A stretch of DNA of 61,827 nt from Longimicrobiales bacterium (lineage in GTDB: Bacteria; Gemmatimonadota; Gemmatimonadetes; Longimicrobiales; Gaopeijiaceae), in assembly GCA_965197725.1 (NCBI GenBank), contig CBDANQ010000031.1:1-61827 (forward strand), in the 5' to 3' direction. Positions 20,023 through 29,390 of this stretch are shown in pieces. A program made the position numbers and the translations under genes. The stretch's first letter is position 1, and the number at the start of each line of letters is the position of its first letter. A model generated the notes under the pieces. The model saw only the letters and a list, made by a program, of their open reading frames with translations. It was not told the DNA's origin and did not search any database.

Positions 20023-21675
20023 GGCGGGTGGCACCCGGTGCTCGTCGGCGTAGGCACGGTACCGCTCTACCTCGGCGTTTCTCCGGTCCTCGTTCCAGTG
20101 CAACAGGGATCCCATGATCTCAGCAGCTTCACCGGCCCCGGCGAGTCCGAAGTCGGGGGAAAAGAGGAGCAGCGCACTGCGCCGGTCCATGAAGTCGATG
20201 AGATTCGAGGCCATCTCTCGTTCCACCGCGAGTTTCACCTCGCCCCGCACGGCCGGTACCCCACGTCCGAGCGGCTCCAGCCATGCCGGATCGGTCTCCG
20301 CCAGGGCTAGTAGATGGTCGAGCTGACAGCCGTAGAGCCATCGCAGCCGTTGGACCGTCTTCTCAGTCAACCCTGCAGCCCGAAGGCGCTCTGCTGCCTG
20401 GCACTCGAAGTCCACGAAGTCGCCTTCGGGTGCTCCCGGAAGCGGGACGGTAGTCGTTCGGACCTCGTCGCGTGGCGGCGGTCCCAGCACTTCTCGCAGC
20501 TCATCGATGACGCGCTCGGCCATACGTCGATACGTGGTGAGTTTCCCCCCCGCGATCGTGACGAGGCCTTCAGGGCCAGACCAGACTTCGTCCTCTCTCG
20601 AGGTGTCGCGGGTCGTCTTGTCCTCTTCTTCTATGAGCGGGCGGATCCCGGCCCAGGTGGCGAGCACGTGCTCGATGCGTAGCGCGGCGTCGGGAAAGCA
20701 ATCCTGGACCATCTCGAGCAGCTCGAGCACATCTTCCCGGGTCGCTCGAGGAGTATCCAATGGCCCGTCGTACTTCGTGTCGCTGGTTCCGACGTACACG
20801 TAGTCCAGTCGGCGCATCACGAGTCCCCTGCGACCCGAGGTCGACTTGAGGAAGGCCGCACCCTCGATCGGCAATCGTTCCGCCGATAACAGCAGGTGGA
20901 TGCCCTTGCTCGGTCGCAGCGGCGTTTCTATCGGCATGTCAGCGTTTCGCAGTATCTCTTCGGCCCAGGGCCCGCACGCGTTGACGACGCATCGCGCCTC
21001 GACGTCGAAGGCATCGCCGGTCAGGCGGTCTTCGACGCGGGCACCTCGCACCCCCCCCGTATCGTTCATCAGAAAGCGATCGAAGGCCGCGTGATTCGCG
21101 AGCAAAGCCCCGTGCTCCGCGGCCGAGATCGCGTTCTCCAGCGTGAGGCGTGCGTCGTCGGTGATGTACTCCGGGTACTGGACGGCACCCCGCAGCGGCT
21201 CCCGCAATCCGGGTAGCCGAGCCCGGACCTCGTGAGGCTCGAGATTCACGTGCTTGTCCTCGTTCGACGCTCCCGCGAGCCAGTCGAACACCGATAGCCC
21301 CGCTTTGATCTTGAGCAACGAGTCGGGTGCGAATACCGGATAGAGGAACTCCAGACGATGGACCAGGTGAGGCGCGATCGAGCGGAGCACTGTGCGTTCT
21401 CTCGCGGACTCACGGACGAGTAGGAAGTGACCATACTCGAGGTAGCGCACGCCGCCGTGAACGATCTTCGAGGAGCGGGAGGACGTGCCGAAGGCGAAAT
21501 CCTCCTTGTCGATGAGGGCGACCGACCAGCCCCGCAGCGCGGCGTCCCGAGCGATGCCGCACCCGGTAATGCCGCCACCCACCACCAGGACATCGACGCC
21601 CTCCGAGCGCATCCGGCGCAATGCGTCAACGCGACCGAGGGGCGAGAAAGGGTGGGGCAACCCACCTTGGTTCAC
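19984..21675 (-). CDS. glpD: FAD-dependent glycerol-3-phosphate dehydrogenase/oxidase
   Basis: VGGGITGCGIARDAALRG, GTSSRSSKIVHGGVRYLE, DDARL, SKGIH, AGIRPL, GGKLTTYRRMAE; GTG start overlaps the glpQ stop. Confidence 0.92.
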   Translation of the reverse strand: MNQGGLPHPFSPLGRVDALRRMRSEGVDVLVVGGGITGCGIARDAALRGWSVALIDKEDFAFGTSSRSSKIVHGGVRYLEYGHFLLVRESARERTVLRSIAPHLVHRLEFLYPVFAPDSLLKIKAGLSVFDWLAGASNEDKHVNLEPHEVRARLPGLREPLRGAVQYPEYITDDARLTLENAISAAEHGALLANHAAFDRFLMNDTGGVRGARVEDRLTGDAFDVEARCVVNACGPWAEEILRNADMPIETPLRPSKGIHLLLSAERLPIEGAAFLKSTSGRRGLVMRRLDYVYVGTSDTKYDGPLDTPRATREDVLELLEMVQDCFPDAALRIEHVLATWAGIRPLIEEEDKTTRDTSREDEVWSGPEGLVTIAGGKLTTYRRMAERVIDELREVLGPPPRDEVRTTTVPLPGAPEGDFVDFECQAAERLRAAGLTEKTVQRLRWLYGCQLDHLLALAETDPAWLEPLGRGVPAVRGEVKLAVEREMASNLIDFMDRRSALLLFSPDFGLAGAGEAAEIMGSLLHWNEDRRNAEVERYRAYADEHRVPPALGVGLRRDMSHR

Positions 21676-22430
21676 AGCTCGCGCTTCCAATCGAGCAGTG
21701 CTTCGACCTCGTTCGTCGTGATGCGTGGAACGCCCATTCGCAGCAGCCTTGAAGCGTCCGACGGATCGTCCACCGTCCAGGCCGCCAACTCGATGCCGGC
21801 GTCGCGGGCCCGCGACGCCAGCGACGGGTCGTCGAGCAGAAGCTCAGCCTTGAAGTCGATCAGCGCCGAGGAGTCGCCAGTCGCTCTGCGCAAGGCTTCC
21901 TCCGCAGACTCGGCATCGTCGACGATGTAGGCGATGCGTGCGGACGCGTCCTGCGAGCGCATCCGGTCGAGCAACGTCCAGTTCATGGCGACGAAGATCG
22001 TACGCTCCTTCTGGCCGGTCTCGGTTGCGAAGCGCACCATCCTGTCCAGGTCCTCCAGTTCACGGAAACCCTTCACCTCGGCGTACACGCGGGGGACACG
22101 GTCCCCGACGTGCTCCAGAGCTTCGCGGAATGTCGGAATCTTTTCCCCCGCGAACTCGGCACCGAACCAGCCGCCCGCGTCGAGCTTCTGGAGCTGCTCG
22201 ACGGTTCGCCGCCGCACGGGACCGACGCCGTTCGTGGTACGGCTGAGCATGGGGTCGTGGAATAGCACCGGGTTGCCGTCCCCGGCCGTATGCAGGTCGA
22301 ACTCGATCGCGTCGGCCCCGGCCTCGATCGCGAGGTCGATCGCCGCGAGAGTGTTCTCCGGCGCGCGAGCGCTGTAGCCGCGGTGGGCGATGACCTCGGC
22401 GGTGCCGTCGAAGGCGAAGCCTTCAGTCAT
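21672..22430 (-). CDS. glpQ: Glycerophosphodiester phosphodiesterase
   Basis: IAHRGYSARAPENTLAA, IEFDL, HD..LSRTT, WTVDD, ITTN. Confidence 0.9.
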   Translation of the reverse strand: MTEGFAFDGTAEVIAHRGYSARAPENTLAAIDLAIEAGADAIEFDLHTAGDGNPVLFHDPMLSRTTNGVGPVRRRTVEQLQKLDAGGWFGAEFAGEKIPTFREALEHVGDRVPRVYAEVKGFRELEDLDRMVRFATETGQKERTIFVAMNWTLLDRMRSQDASARIAYIVDDAESAEEALRRATGDSSALIDFKAELLLDDPSLASRARDAGIELAAWTVDDPSDASRLLRMGVPRITTNEVEALLDWKREL

Positions 22431-22577
22431 GGCGCGGTGAGGTCTATGGGGTCTATTCGCATCGTGAAAACGGGGGGGGTGGAGTAGACTCGGGTGATCG
22501 TGTCGGCACAGGACTCCGAATGCAACCGCAGTGTGTCTCTCCGCTTCTAGATCCAGAAGGACTTCAGCGGGCTCAGA

Positions 22578-22611
22578 AGGCCCCGGCCACTCTTGTTGGC
22601 TGCCGGGGCCT
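22578..22611 (-). terminator. GC-rich hairpin after the hybrid kinase gene, possible terminator
   Basis: AGGCCCCGGC / GCCGGGGCCT inverted repeat 11 bp past the stop at 22623; weak U-tract. Confidence 0.45.
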
Positions 22612-22622
22612 CCTCGCTGCTA

Positions 22623-24682
22623 TTACTTGCGTCTGCGCCCGACCTTTCGCCACGAGGTGAGCGGTGCCTTCGGCACATCGATCCAAAAGGCGCTTCCGCC
22701 TTCCGCTCGCCGTTCGACGCCACACTCTCCGCCGATGTGCTGGAGTCCCCGGCGTACGATTGCTAACCCGATGCCTGTGCCCGGGCGGTCTCCGCTCTCA
22801 ATGAGCCGTTCGAACATGCCGAAAATCCGTTCCTCCTGACCTTCGGGGACGCCGACGCCGTTGTCTTCCACCCAAAGGCGAATCGAGTCTTCGCGCTCCT
22901 CTGTGCGGACCCGGATGTCGGGTGTCCGGTCCTCGGGCACGAACTTCACCGCGTTTGAGAGGAGATTGGCTACAACCTGAACGAGCGCGGTGAGATTGCC
23001 TCGCACGCCAGGCAGCGGATCTTCCACGGTGAGGTTGGCGTTGCGCGCGTCGAGGTCGCCCTGGATCTGCTCTCGGGCCGAATCGACGACCGCTCGCAGG
23101 TCGACCGGCATCAGCTCCAACCGCTCGAAGCTGAGCCGGCTGTAGGCCAGTAGGTCATTGATCAGCTGCTCGGACTGCTGCCCTGAGGCAACAATCCGGT
23201 TGGCGTAGTCGCGCGCTTCCTCGGGGAGTTGCTCGCCGTAGTCTTGCAGAAGGGCATATGCGAAGCCCTGCATCGTGCGCAGTGGCGCCCTCAGGTCGTG
23301 AGAGACCGAGTAGGCGAACGATTCGAGTTCCTGGTTCGCGTGCTGGAGCTGGGTCGCGAGCGTGCGATGCCGTTGCTCGCTCTCGCGCATCGACGCTTCC
23401 GCTTCCATGCGCTCGACGTACCTCGCTACGGTGGTGGCCAGGTTCATGCCGAGACGCTCGAAGTGCTCATCGAGCATAACCACCTGAGTGTCCGCCAGAA
23501 GGAGAGTCCCGAACACCGAGCCGCCCGACTTGAGCGGGAACGCGGCATAGGTACGTAGGTGCAACGCGAGCAGCAGCTCATCCGCGTGCTCGCGCCGTGA
23601 CGTGGGGTCGGACTCCAGAACCGGCCGTCCGCTCTTCACGACGGTACCCGAAAGCGTCCGGTGCAGCGGAATCTCGACGTCTCCGTTGTCGAACGCCGGC
23701 CATCCCTTGGCGGCGCTCACCACCATGCGGTCCCGGTCCCGATCGAGATGCTCGATCGCGACGATGGAACAGCCCATCACCGAGCTGACGAGATCGAGGA
23801 TTTGCCTATACGCCTCCTCGAGCGAGGTCGCGGACAGCGTCAGCTCTCCGAGGCGGTGGAGAGTGGCGAGCTCGCGATTGTGGGCCGCGAGTTCCTTTCG
23901 AGATCCCTGTTCGTCGGTGACGTCCACGACCACACCGTCCGCACGTAGAGGTGGCCCGATGCCTCATCCCGATGAAGCTTCGCGCTCGCTCGCACCCACC
24001 GGTCGCCTCTTTCCGGGTGTAGGACTGAGTACTCGCGCACGAAAGGTACGTCGGACCCGCGGTTCTTGAGGTCCTCCCAAGGGTTGAGGTCATCGGTTCC
24101 CGGGAGCAGCACCTTCTGCCAGCGGGACTTCTCCCCGACAAGCTCCTCAGGGTCGTAGCCGAACACGTGCCTCGTGGCCGGAGAGATTTGGATGAGGCGC
24201 TCGTCCGTAACATCGACTGAGAACAGGACGTTCTGCACGTTGTTGAAGAGCGTCTCCAGGTCAAAGGCCTTCGGGCGGAACTCGTGGCGGGCGACGATCA
24301 GGTCGCCTACCTCTCGGATTCTCCTCTCGGCGATATCGAGGCGGACGCCCAGCGCCACCGCGTCCACCGGCTTGCGAATGAAGTCGTCGGCTCCGGCCGC
24401 CAGCACGTCGTCGAGAGCACCCGCCTCCTGACTCGAGGTCACGACGAGGATGCATGGTGTGCGGCCATCGGGATCGAGCGCGTCGATTCGTCGGCACACT
24501 TCCAGGCCGTCGATGCCGGGCAGCAGGAGATCGAGCAGAACGAGGTCCGGAATTCGGTCCTCGATGCTCTTGAGGGCGCCCTCGCCAGTGGCGCAGGCGA
24601 CGACATGGTATCCGCGGGACCTGAGGATCTCGGAGAACAACCAACTGTCGGCCTGATCGTCCTCAACGATCAGAGCGCGCAC
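22623..24682 (-). pseudogene. Hybrid receiver-PAS-GAF-histidine kinase, split by a frameshift near 23950
   Basis: ORF 23840..24682 has the receiver (LIVEDD, LLDLLLPGIDG, DDFIRKP) and PAS; ORF 22623..23933 has GAF, SVSHDLRAPLR, NLLSNAVKF and GTGIGL; frames join at GH/LRADGVVVDVT. Confidence 0.8.
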
Positions 24683-24793
24683 AGCGCGCTTCTCAGCGGC
24701 TGACTCGCGGTCCGGGTCGGCGTGCTCGACGCTCAGGGTGTATGGGTCAAGGGCCGCTCGGCGTGGCCGTGATCGGAATGGCTCGAAGGGGGA

Positions 24794-26296
24794 CTAGCAG
24801 ACCGTGGATAAAGTCCGGTCATCGCTGTTGTGTTAAATCAGGAGGACACGAGGGTTTTTGCAGCGAGGACGGCGATGGCGGTAGGCAAGCGGCCCGAGGC
24901 TCGGCAGGGCGAGATGTTCGTGGTGGCGAGCGAGATTCGGGCCTTGGACAACCCGTTCTACTGGGCCTTGAACGAGCTTCTGGCGAAAAGCGGGTTTGAC
25001 GAGTTCGCGGAAGAGGCATGCCGTGAGTGCTACGCGGACAATCGGGGTCGGCCGGGGATTGCTCCCGGGGTGTATTTCCGAATGATGATGGTGGGCTACC
25101 TGGAAGGGATCGGCTCGGAGCGGGGCATTGCCTGGCGGTGTGGGGACTCGTTGTCGTTGCGTGAGTTTCTGGGATACGGGTGGGCGAAGAACCCGCCGGA
25201 GCATTCGACCCTGTCGAAGACGCGCAAGCGCCTGAGCGTGGAAGCGCACGCGGCGGTGTTCGGGCGGGTGCTGGAGCTGCTGAAGGGGTCGGGGTTGCTG
25301 AGCGGCAAGACGCTGGGCGTCGACTCGACGACGCTGGAGGCGAATGCGGCGATGCGCACGATCGTGCGGCGCGACGACGGGTTGGGCTACGATGAATGGC
25401 TGCAGCAGGTGGCCCGGGCGTCGGGGATCGAGACGCCGACGCGCAAGGATCTGACGACGCTGGACCGGAAGCGTCCGAAGAAGGGCTCGAACAAGGACTG
25501 GGTGCATCCGCACGACCCGGAGGCGCGGATCACGAAGATGAAGGACGGCAGGACGCGCCTGGCGCACAAGTTGGAGCAGGCGGTCGACATGGAGACCGGT
25601 GCGCTTGTGGCGGTGACGGTGCAGACGATGGACGGGGGAGATGTGGCGTCGCTGCCCAACACGCTGGACGAGGCAGAGCGGCAGCTGGAAGTAGTGCAGG
25701 TAGAGCCCGAGGAAGTGGTGGCCGACAAAGGCTACCACTCGAACAAGACCATGACGGGCGTGAAGGAGCGGGAGCTGCGCAGCTATGTGAGCGAGCCCAA
25801 CCGCGGGCGCCGGAAATGGAAGAACAACCGGGACGCGCAGACGCCGACCTACGACAACCGCCGCCGGATCCGCGGCAACCGGGGGATGCGGCTGCTGCGC
25901 CAGCGCGGCGAGAAGGTGGAGCGGGGGTTTGCGCACTTGCTTGTGACCGGAGGGCTGCGTCGCGTCCACATACGGGGCCAGGAGGAGATTCGAAAACGGA
26001 TGTTGATCCACGCGGCGGCCTTCAACCTCGGCCTTCTCATGCGCAAGCGGTTCGGGGTTGGAACCCCCCGTGCGTTACAGGGCCTCGCTACCGTACCAGC
26101 TGCGCTCGCAACTCAGGTTACAACCCGCGTCTCGCGCTTTTTCCGCCGTATTCGGCGCTATTTCGCCTTCCTTGGGCCGAATATCGCCTCGTCAGACCCC
26201 AAAACCCGCTTCTTGCACAACAACACAGCCCCCGCGTGTCTGCCTTCTCTCCCACCCATCATCCGCTGGGAACCTATTTCTTCCACGGACTGCTAG
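24794..26296 (+). mobile_element. IS1182-family insertion sequence, apparently complete
   Basis: Left end CTAGCAGACCGTGGATAAA; right end reverse complement CTAGCAGTCCGTGGAAGAA; single transposase ORF; AGGGGGACTA repeated at 24787-24796 and 26298-26307. Confidence 0.85.
24875..26296 (+). CDS. IS1182-family DDE transposase
   Basis: GRPGIAP, GYLEGIGSERGI, PEHSTLS, GVDSTTLEANA, HDPEAR, VADKGY, VERGFAH; the TAG stop lies in the right end. Confidence 0.88.
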   Translation: MAVGKRPEARQGEMFVVASEIRALDNPFYWALNELLAKSGFDEFAEEACRECYADNRGRPGIAPGVYFRMMMVGYLEGIGSERGIAWRCGDSLSLREFLGYGWAKNPPEHSTLSKTRKRLSVEAHAAVFGRVLELLKGSGLLSGKTLGVDSTTLEANAAMRTIVRRDDGLGYDEWLQQVARASGIETPTRKDLTTLDRKRPKKGSNKDWVHPHDPEARITKMKDGRTRLAHKLEQAVDMETGALVAVTVQTMDGGDVASLPNTLDEAERQLEVVQVEPEEVVADKGYHSNKTMTGVKERELRSYVSEPNRGRRKWKNNRDAQTPTYDNRRRIRGNRGMRLLRQRGEKVERGFAHLLVTGGLRRVHIRGQEEIRKRMLIHAAAFNLGLLMRKRFGVGTPRALQGLATVPAALATQVTTRVSRFFRRIRRYFAFLGPNIASSDPKTRFLHNNTAPACLPSLPPIIRWEPISSTDC

Positions 26297-26341
26297 CAGG
26301 GGGACTAATAGGCGCCCAAGCCACCCCGCGCCACATTCGGA

Positions 26342-26745
26342 TCAATTGCTCCCTAGTGTTCCTCCCGATCGCAGCCTCGCGGTCCGGGCGAGCGCGACAT
26401 CGGCTTCGAAAAAGCTGGAGTCCATGGCTATGGCCGCCTGGTACCCGACTCGAGCGGATTCCCAGTTCCAAACCTCCTCGGACGCCAAGCCGGCGAGGAA
26501 GGCGTTCACGGCCGAGACCGAAATGTTCGTGGGCTCGAAGGTCGTCGGCGCGGCGTGGGCGAATGGATCGCTCCAAGCCGGGACCCGGCCCAAGCGTCCG
26601 AGCTCGGCGACCAGACCCCCGACGATGGCGCGCGCGACCCCAACCGCATCTGCGTCACGGGGAGTCTCGGTCCGCCACGTGCGTTCGACGCGCCCGCTCG
26701 CGGGATCGATCAATCGGGCCTCGAGGTAGGCGGTCGCGTTGTGGA
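26342..26745 (-). pseudogene. Orphan 3' fragment of an unknown gene with a TPR-like C-terminal helix
   Basis: YLEARLIDPASGRVERTW...FLAGLASEEVWNWESARVGYQAAIAMDSSFFEA; in-frame stop just upstream and no convincing start. Confidence 0.5.
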
Positions 26746-26830
26746 CCTATGGCGGGATCGCCAAGGAACATGTAACGTCTGCGATTGATAGAGGTATATG
26801 CGACTGATGGATAGACACGGAGAACGAAGC

Positions 26831-28576
26831 ATGGTCCGACACTTGAAGCTGTCACTCAGCCTTGTCCTTGTGGCCCTTGTCCTGGGCCCGGTAGCCCTTG
26901 ATGCACAAGCTCAGGGCCGCTTCCGCGTGCTCATCCCGTACTTCACGCCGCTGGGGGACGCGGATGATGATTTCGGCAAGGACGCCTCGAAGGAGCTCCG
27001 CAAGCTCATCAACACGCTTGCGACGCACGAGCCCATCGAAGAGAGGGAAATCAAGAATCAGGCCAAACGCTTCGATACCAAGATCGAAGACTTGAACTGT
27101 ATCGTGACGCGTCAGCTCGCCTCGCAGATCGACGCGCAGGTTGCTCTGTGTGCCGCGTACAACGAGTTGCCCGACAAGTCCTGGGCGCTACAGAATGTGG
27201 TCTTCTGGGACGTCGCCTCGAGCGAGCAGTTCGCGGTCTCGAATGTCACGGTGGCAGAGAAGGACGAAGAGGTTGCGGCGCAGCACATCTTCAACGAGTT
27301 CGACAGGTACGTGCAACAGATCCGCGCCCAGGGCATCTGCGCCGACTACTACGCCAGCCGGCAGTGGGAGAACGCGCTGAGGAACTGCGACCAGGCGCTC
27401 GGCCTCAACCCCGATGGCGTCGCCACTCGTTATTTGCGCGGGCGGATCCTCTATGAGATGGAGAACCACACGGAAGCGCTCGGGGAGATGGAGAAGGTGC
27501 TGGCACTGGATCCTTTCCATGAGGACGCGCTCGAGCTGGCCGGATATATGTCGGCGATGCGGGAGAACGACGATCAGGCTCGTGAGTATTACGGACGCTA
27601 CCTCGAGTTGAACCCGGCGAACGCGGCGGTTCGCATGAGGATCGCCTTCGACCTCGCGAGGGCCGGAGACCCAGTGGGTGGCATGCAGCTCATCGAGATC
27701 GGCCTCGAGGTCGACCCCGAGAACATCGACCTCTGGGAGCAGTACGGCGGCTTCGCGTTCTCCGCTGCGCTCGAGGCCGAGCAGGACGCGGCGCTCGATG
27801 CCCCCCAAAACAACGGGGGTGGCGTTTCTCCGCAGGCCCAGGGTCACTACCGAGAGGCGATCCAGGCGTATGAGAAGGTGTTCAAGGGCAAGGGCGCGGA
27901 GACGCCCGTAGGGCACCTTCGGAACATCATCGCGGCGTACATCCAGCTCAATGAGATCGCCAACGCGGTCGAGGTCGGGGCTCGGGTTCTCCAGACGCAC
28001 GCGCAGGAAGACGCGCTGTGGTCGATCTACGCGGATGCGCTGCAGCGAAACGATCAGCTCACCGATGCGATCGCTGCGCTCGACCGTGTCCGTGAGATCA
28101 ACCCTTCGCATCCGAGCGCCATGCTTCGGCAAGGCAACTGGCTGATCAAGGCCGGTCGCGTCGAGGATGCGGTCGCGGTCTTGAAGGAGGCCGCTGCCGA
28201 TGACCCGCAGCGGGCGGAGCAGGCGGCCCGTATGATCTTCGCTGACGCGTACCAAAAAGGTTACCAGCAGAAGAACTACCAATACGCGATCGAGGGGATC
28301 GCGGGGGCGAAGGAACTGCCCGACCTCAATGAAGCGATGGTCAGCCAGCTCAACTTCTGGCACGGCTTCAGCGTGTACCAGGCCGCTGTCTTGCAGCAAG
28401 CGCCCCAGACGATCGAGACCGCGGAGGCTACGCTGCCGAAGTTCCGGACCGCGATAAACCTGTTCACCCAGTCTGGAGCCTACCCGGCGTCGGTGAACGT
28501 GAACCTCGGGGAGCTGCTCGCGAACGCGAACACCTACGTGGAGATTCAGGACGCGATCATCCAGAGGGGTCGGTGA
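26831..28576 (+). CDS. Exported tetratricopeptide repeat protein
   Basis: Signal peptide ending AQAQ; repeated TPR-like units (ALGLNP, VLALDP, YLELNP, LEVDP, REINP); GGAGA SD. Confidence 0.85.
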   Translation: MVRHLKLSLSLVLVALVLGPVALDAQAQGRFRVLIPYFTPLGDADDDFGKDASKELRKLINTLATHEPIEEREIKNQAKRFDTKIEDLNCIVTRQLASQIDAQVALCAAYNELPDKSWALQNVVFWDVASSEQFAVSNVTVAEKDEEVAAQHIFNEFDRYVQQIRAQGICADYYASRQWENALRNCDQALGLNPDGVATRYLRGRILYEMENHTEALGEMEKVLALDPFHEDALELAGYMSAMRENDDQAREYYGRYLELNPANAAVRMRIAFDLARAGDPVGGMQLIEIGLEVDPENIDLWEQYGGFAFSAALEAEQDAALDAPQNNGGGVSPQAQGHYREAIQAYEKVFKGKGAETPVGHLRNIIAAYIQLNEIANAVEVGARVLQTHAQEDALWSIYADALQRNDQLTDAIAALDRVREINPSHPSAMLRQGNWLIKAGRVEDAVAVLKEAAADDPQRAEQAARMIFADAYQKGYQQKNYQYAIEGIAGAKELPDLNEAMVSQLNFWHGFSVYQAAVLQQAPQTIETAEATLPKFRTAINLFTQSGAYPASVNVNLGELLANANTYVEIQDAIIQRGR

Positions 28577-28577
28577 C

Positions 28578-28608
28578 CTAGAAGCCCTCTTCTACCACGG
28601 GCTGCTAG
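28578..28608. repeat. Miniature CTAG-bounded IS-end scar
   Basis: CTAGAAGCCC-TCTTCTACCAC-GGGCTGCTAG; shares the 16-mer CTTCTACCACGGGCTG with 51345-51360 and resembles the IS1182 right end TTCCACGGACTGCTAG. Confidence 0.6.
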
Positions 28609-28627
28609 CAGCAACCGAGGGGGCTTG

Positions 28628-28664
28628 AGCGCCCCGGGGCTTCGGCCCCGGGGCGCTTTTTCTT
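28628..28664 (+). terminator. Intrinsic terminator
   Basis: Perfect 13 bp stem AGCGCCCCGGGGC, TTCG loop, GCCCCGGGGCGCT, then TTTTCTT. Confidence 0.9.
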
Positions 28665-28878
28665 GCGCACTTGGGCGCGGGTCCTCCCCGCGCGCACCGC
28701 CGCTCGTCCCGAATGTCCCCCACTTCGACCCACCGCTCTGCGAGCGCATCTTCGGTTTTCCTTCGGAAAATCGAAAAAGTGCTCGAGGTGCCGATTCGGT
28801 GATCGTGCCCGTGCTAAGCACGTATTCCCTTCATCCGGACCGGCCTCGCGACCCCCAACTATTTGTAATAATGCACCC

Positions 28879-28950
28879 TTGACGCCCTCAGCCACCAGAG
28901 CGTATACTGGCACCATAATATCCCACTTAATCCCACTTATTACCACCAGG
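28879..28950 (+). promoter_or_regulatory. dcw promoter with 10-bp-periodic putative MraZ-binding repeats
   Basis: TTGACG (28879-28884), 18 bp spacer, TATACT (28903-28908); then CACCATAATA TCCCACTTAA TCCCACTTAT TACCACCAGG. Confidence 0.7.
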
Positions 28951-28958
28951 GGCAGTTG

Positions 28959-29390
28959 GTGAACGGATTCGTCGGGCAGTACGAGCATCAGATGGACGAG
29001 AAGGGGCGGGTCAGCCTCCCTTCGGCGTTTCGCCGAGAGGCCGACTCAGGCCGCTTCGTGCTCCTCCAATGGCAGAAGCCATACCTGACGCTCTTTCCAG
29101 CATCCAAATGGGTAGGCGTGCAGGAACGACTCCTCGAATACCGCCGGAACGATCCGCAGGCTTGGAACCAGGTCAGGCTCATCGTTTCGAACGCAGTGGA
29201 GGTTGCGCCCGACAAACAGGGGCGGATCCTCGTGCCCGCAAGCCTACAGGAGGCTGCGGGTCTGTCGGGAACGGTGCTCCTCAGCGGCAATCTCGATCGC
29301 GTGGAGCTCTGGAACCCGTCGACGTATGGCGAGGCCGTTCAGGATCAAGCGGGCGACCTCGAACAATTTGCGCACCGGCTCTTCGGATGA
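28959..29390 (+). CDS. mraZ: Division/cell wall cluster transcriptional repressor
   Basis: DEKGRVSLPSAFR, DKQGRILVP, RVELWN; first gene of the dcw cluster. Confidence 0.95.
   Translation: MNGFVGQYEHQMDEKGRVSLPSAFRREADSGRFVLLQWQKPYLTLFPASKWVGVQERLLEYRRNDPQAWNQVRLIVSNAVEVAPDKQGRILVPASLQEAAGLSGTVLLSGNLDRVELWNPSTYGEAVQDQAGDLEQFAHRLFG

Noticed and set aside
28911..28950. Short tandem repeats as a CRISPR array
   Set aside because: 10 bp period with no spacers and no cas genes; fits MraZ boxes
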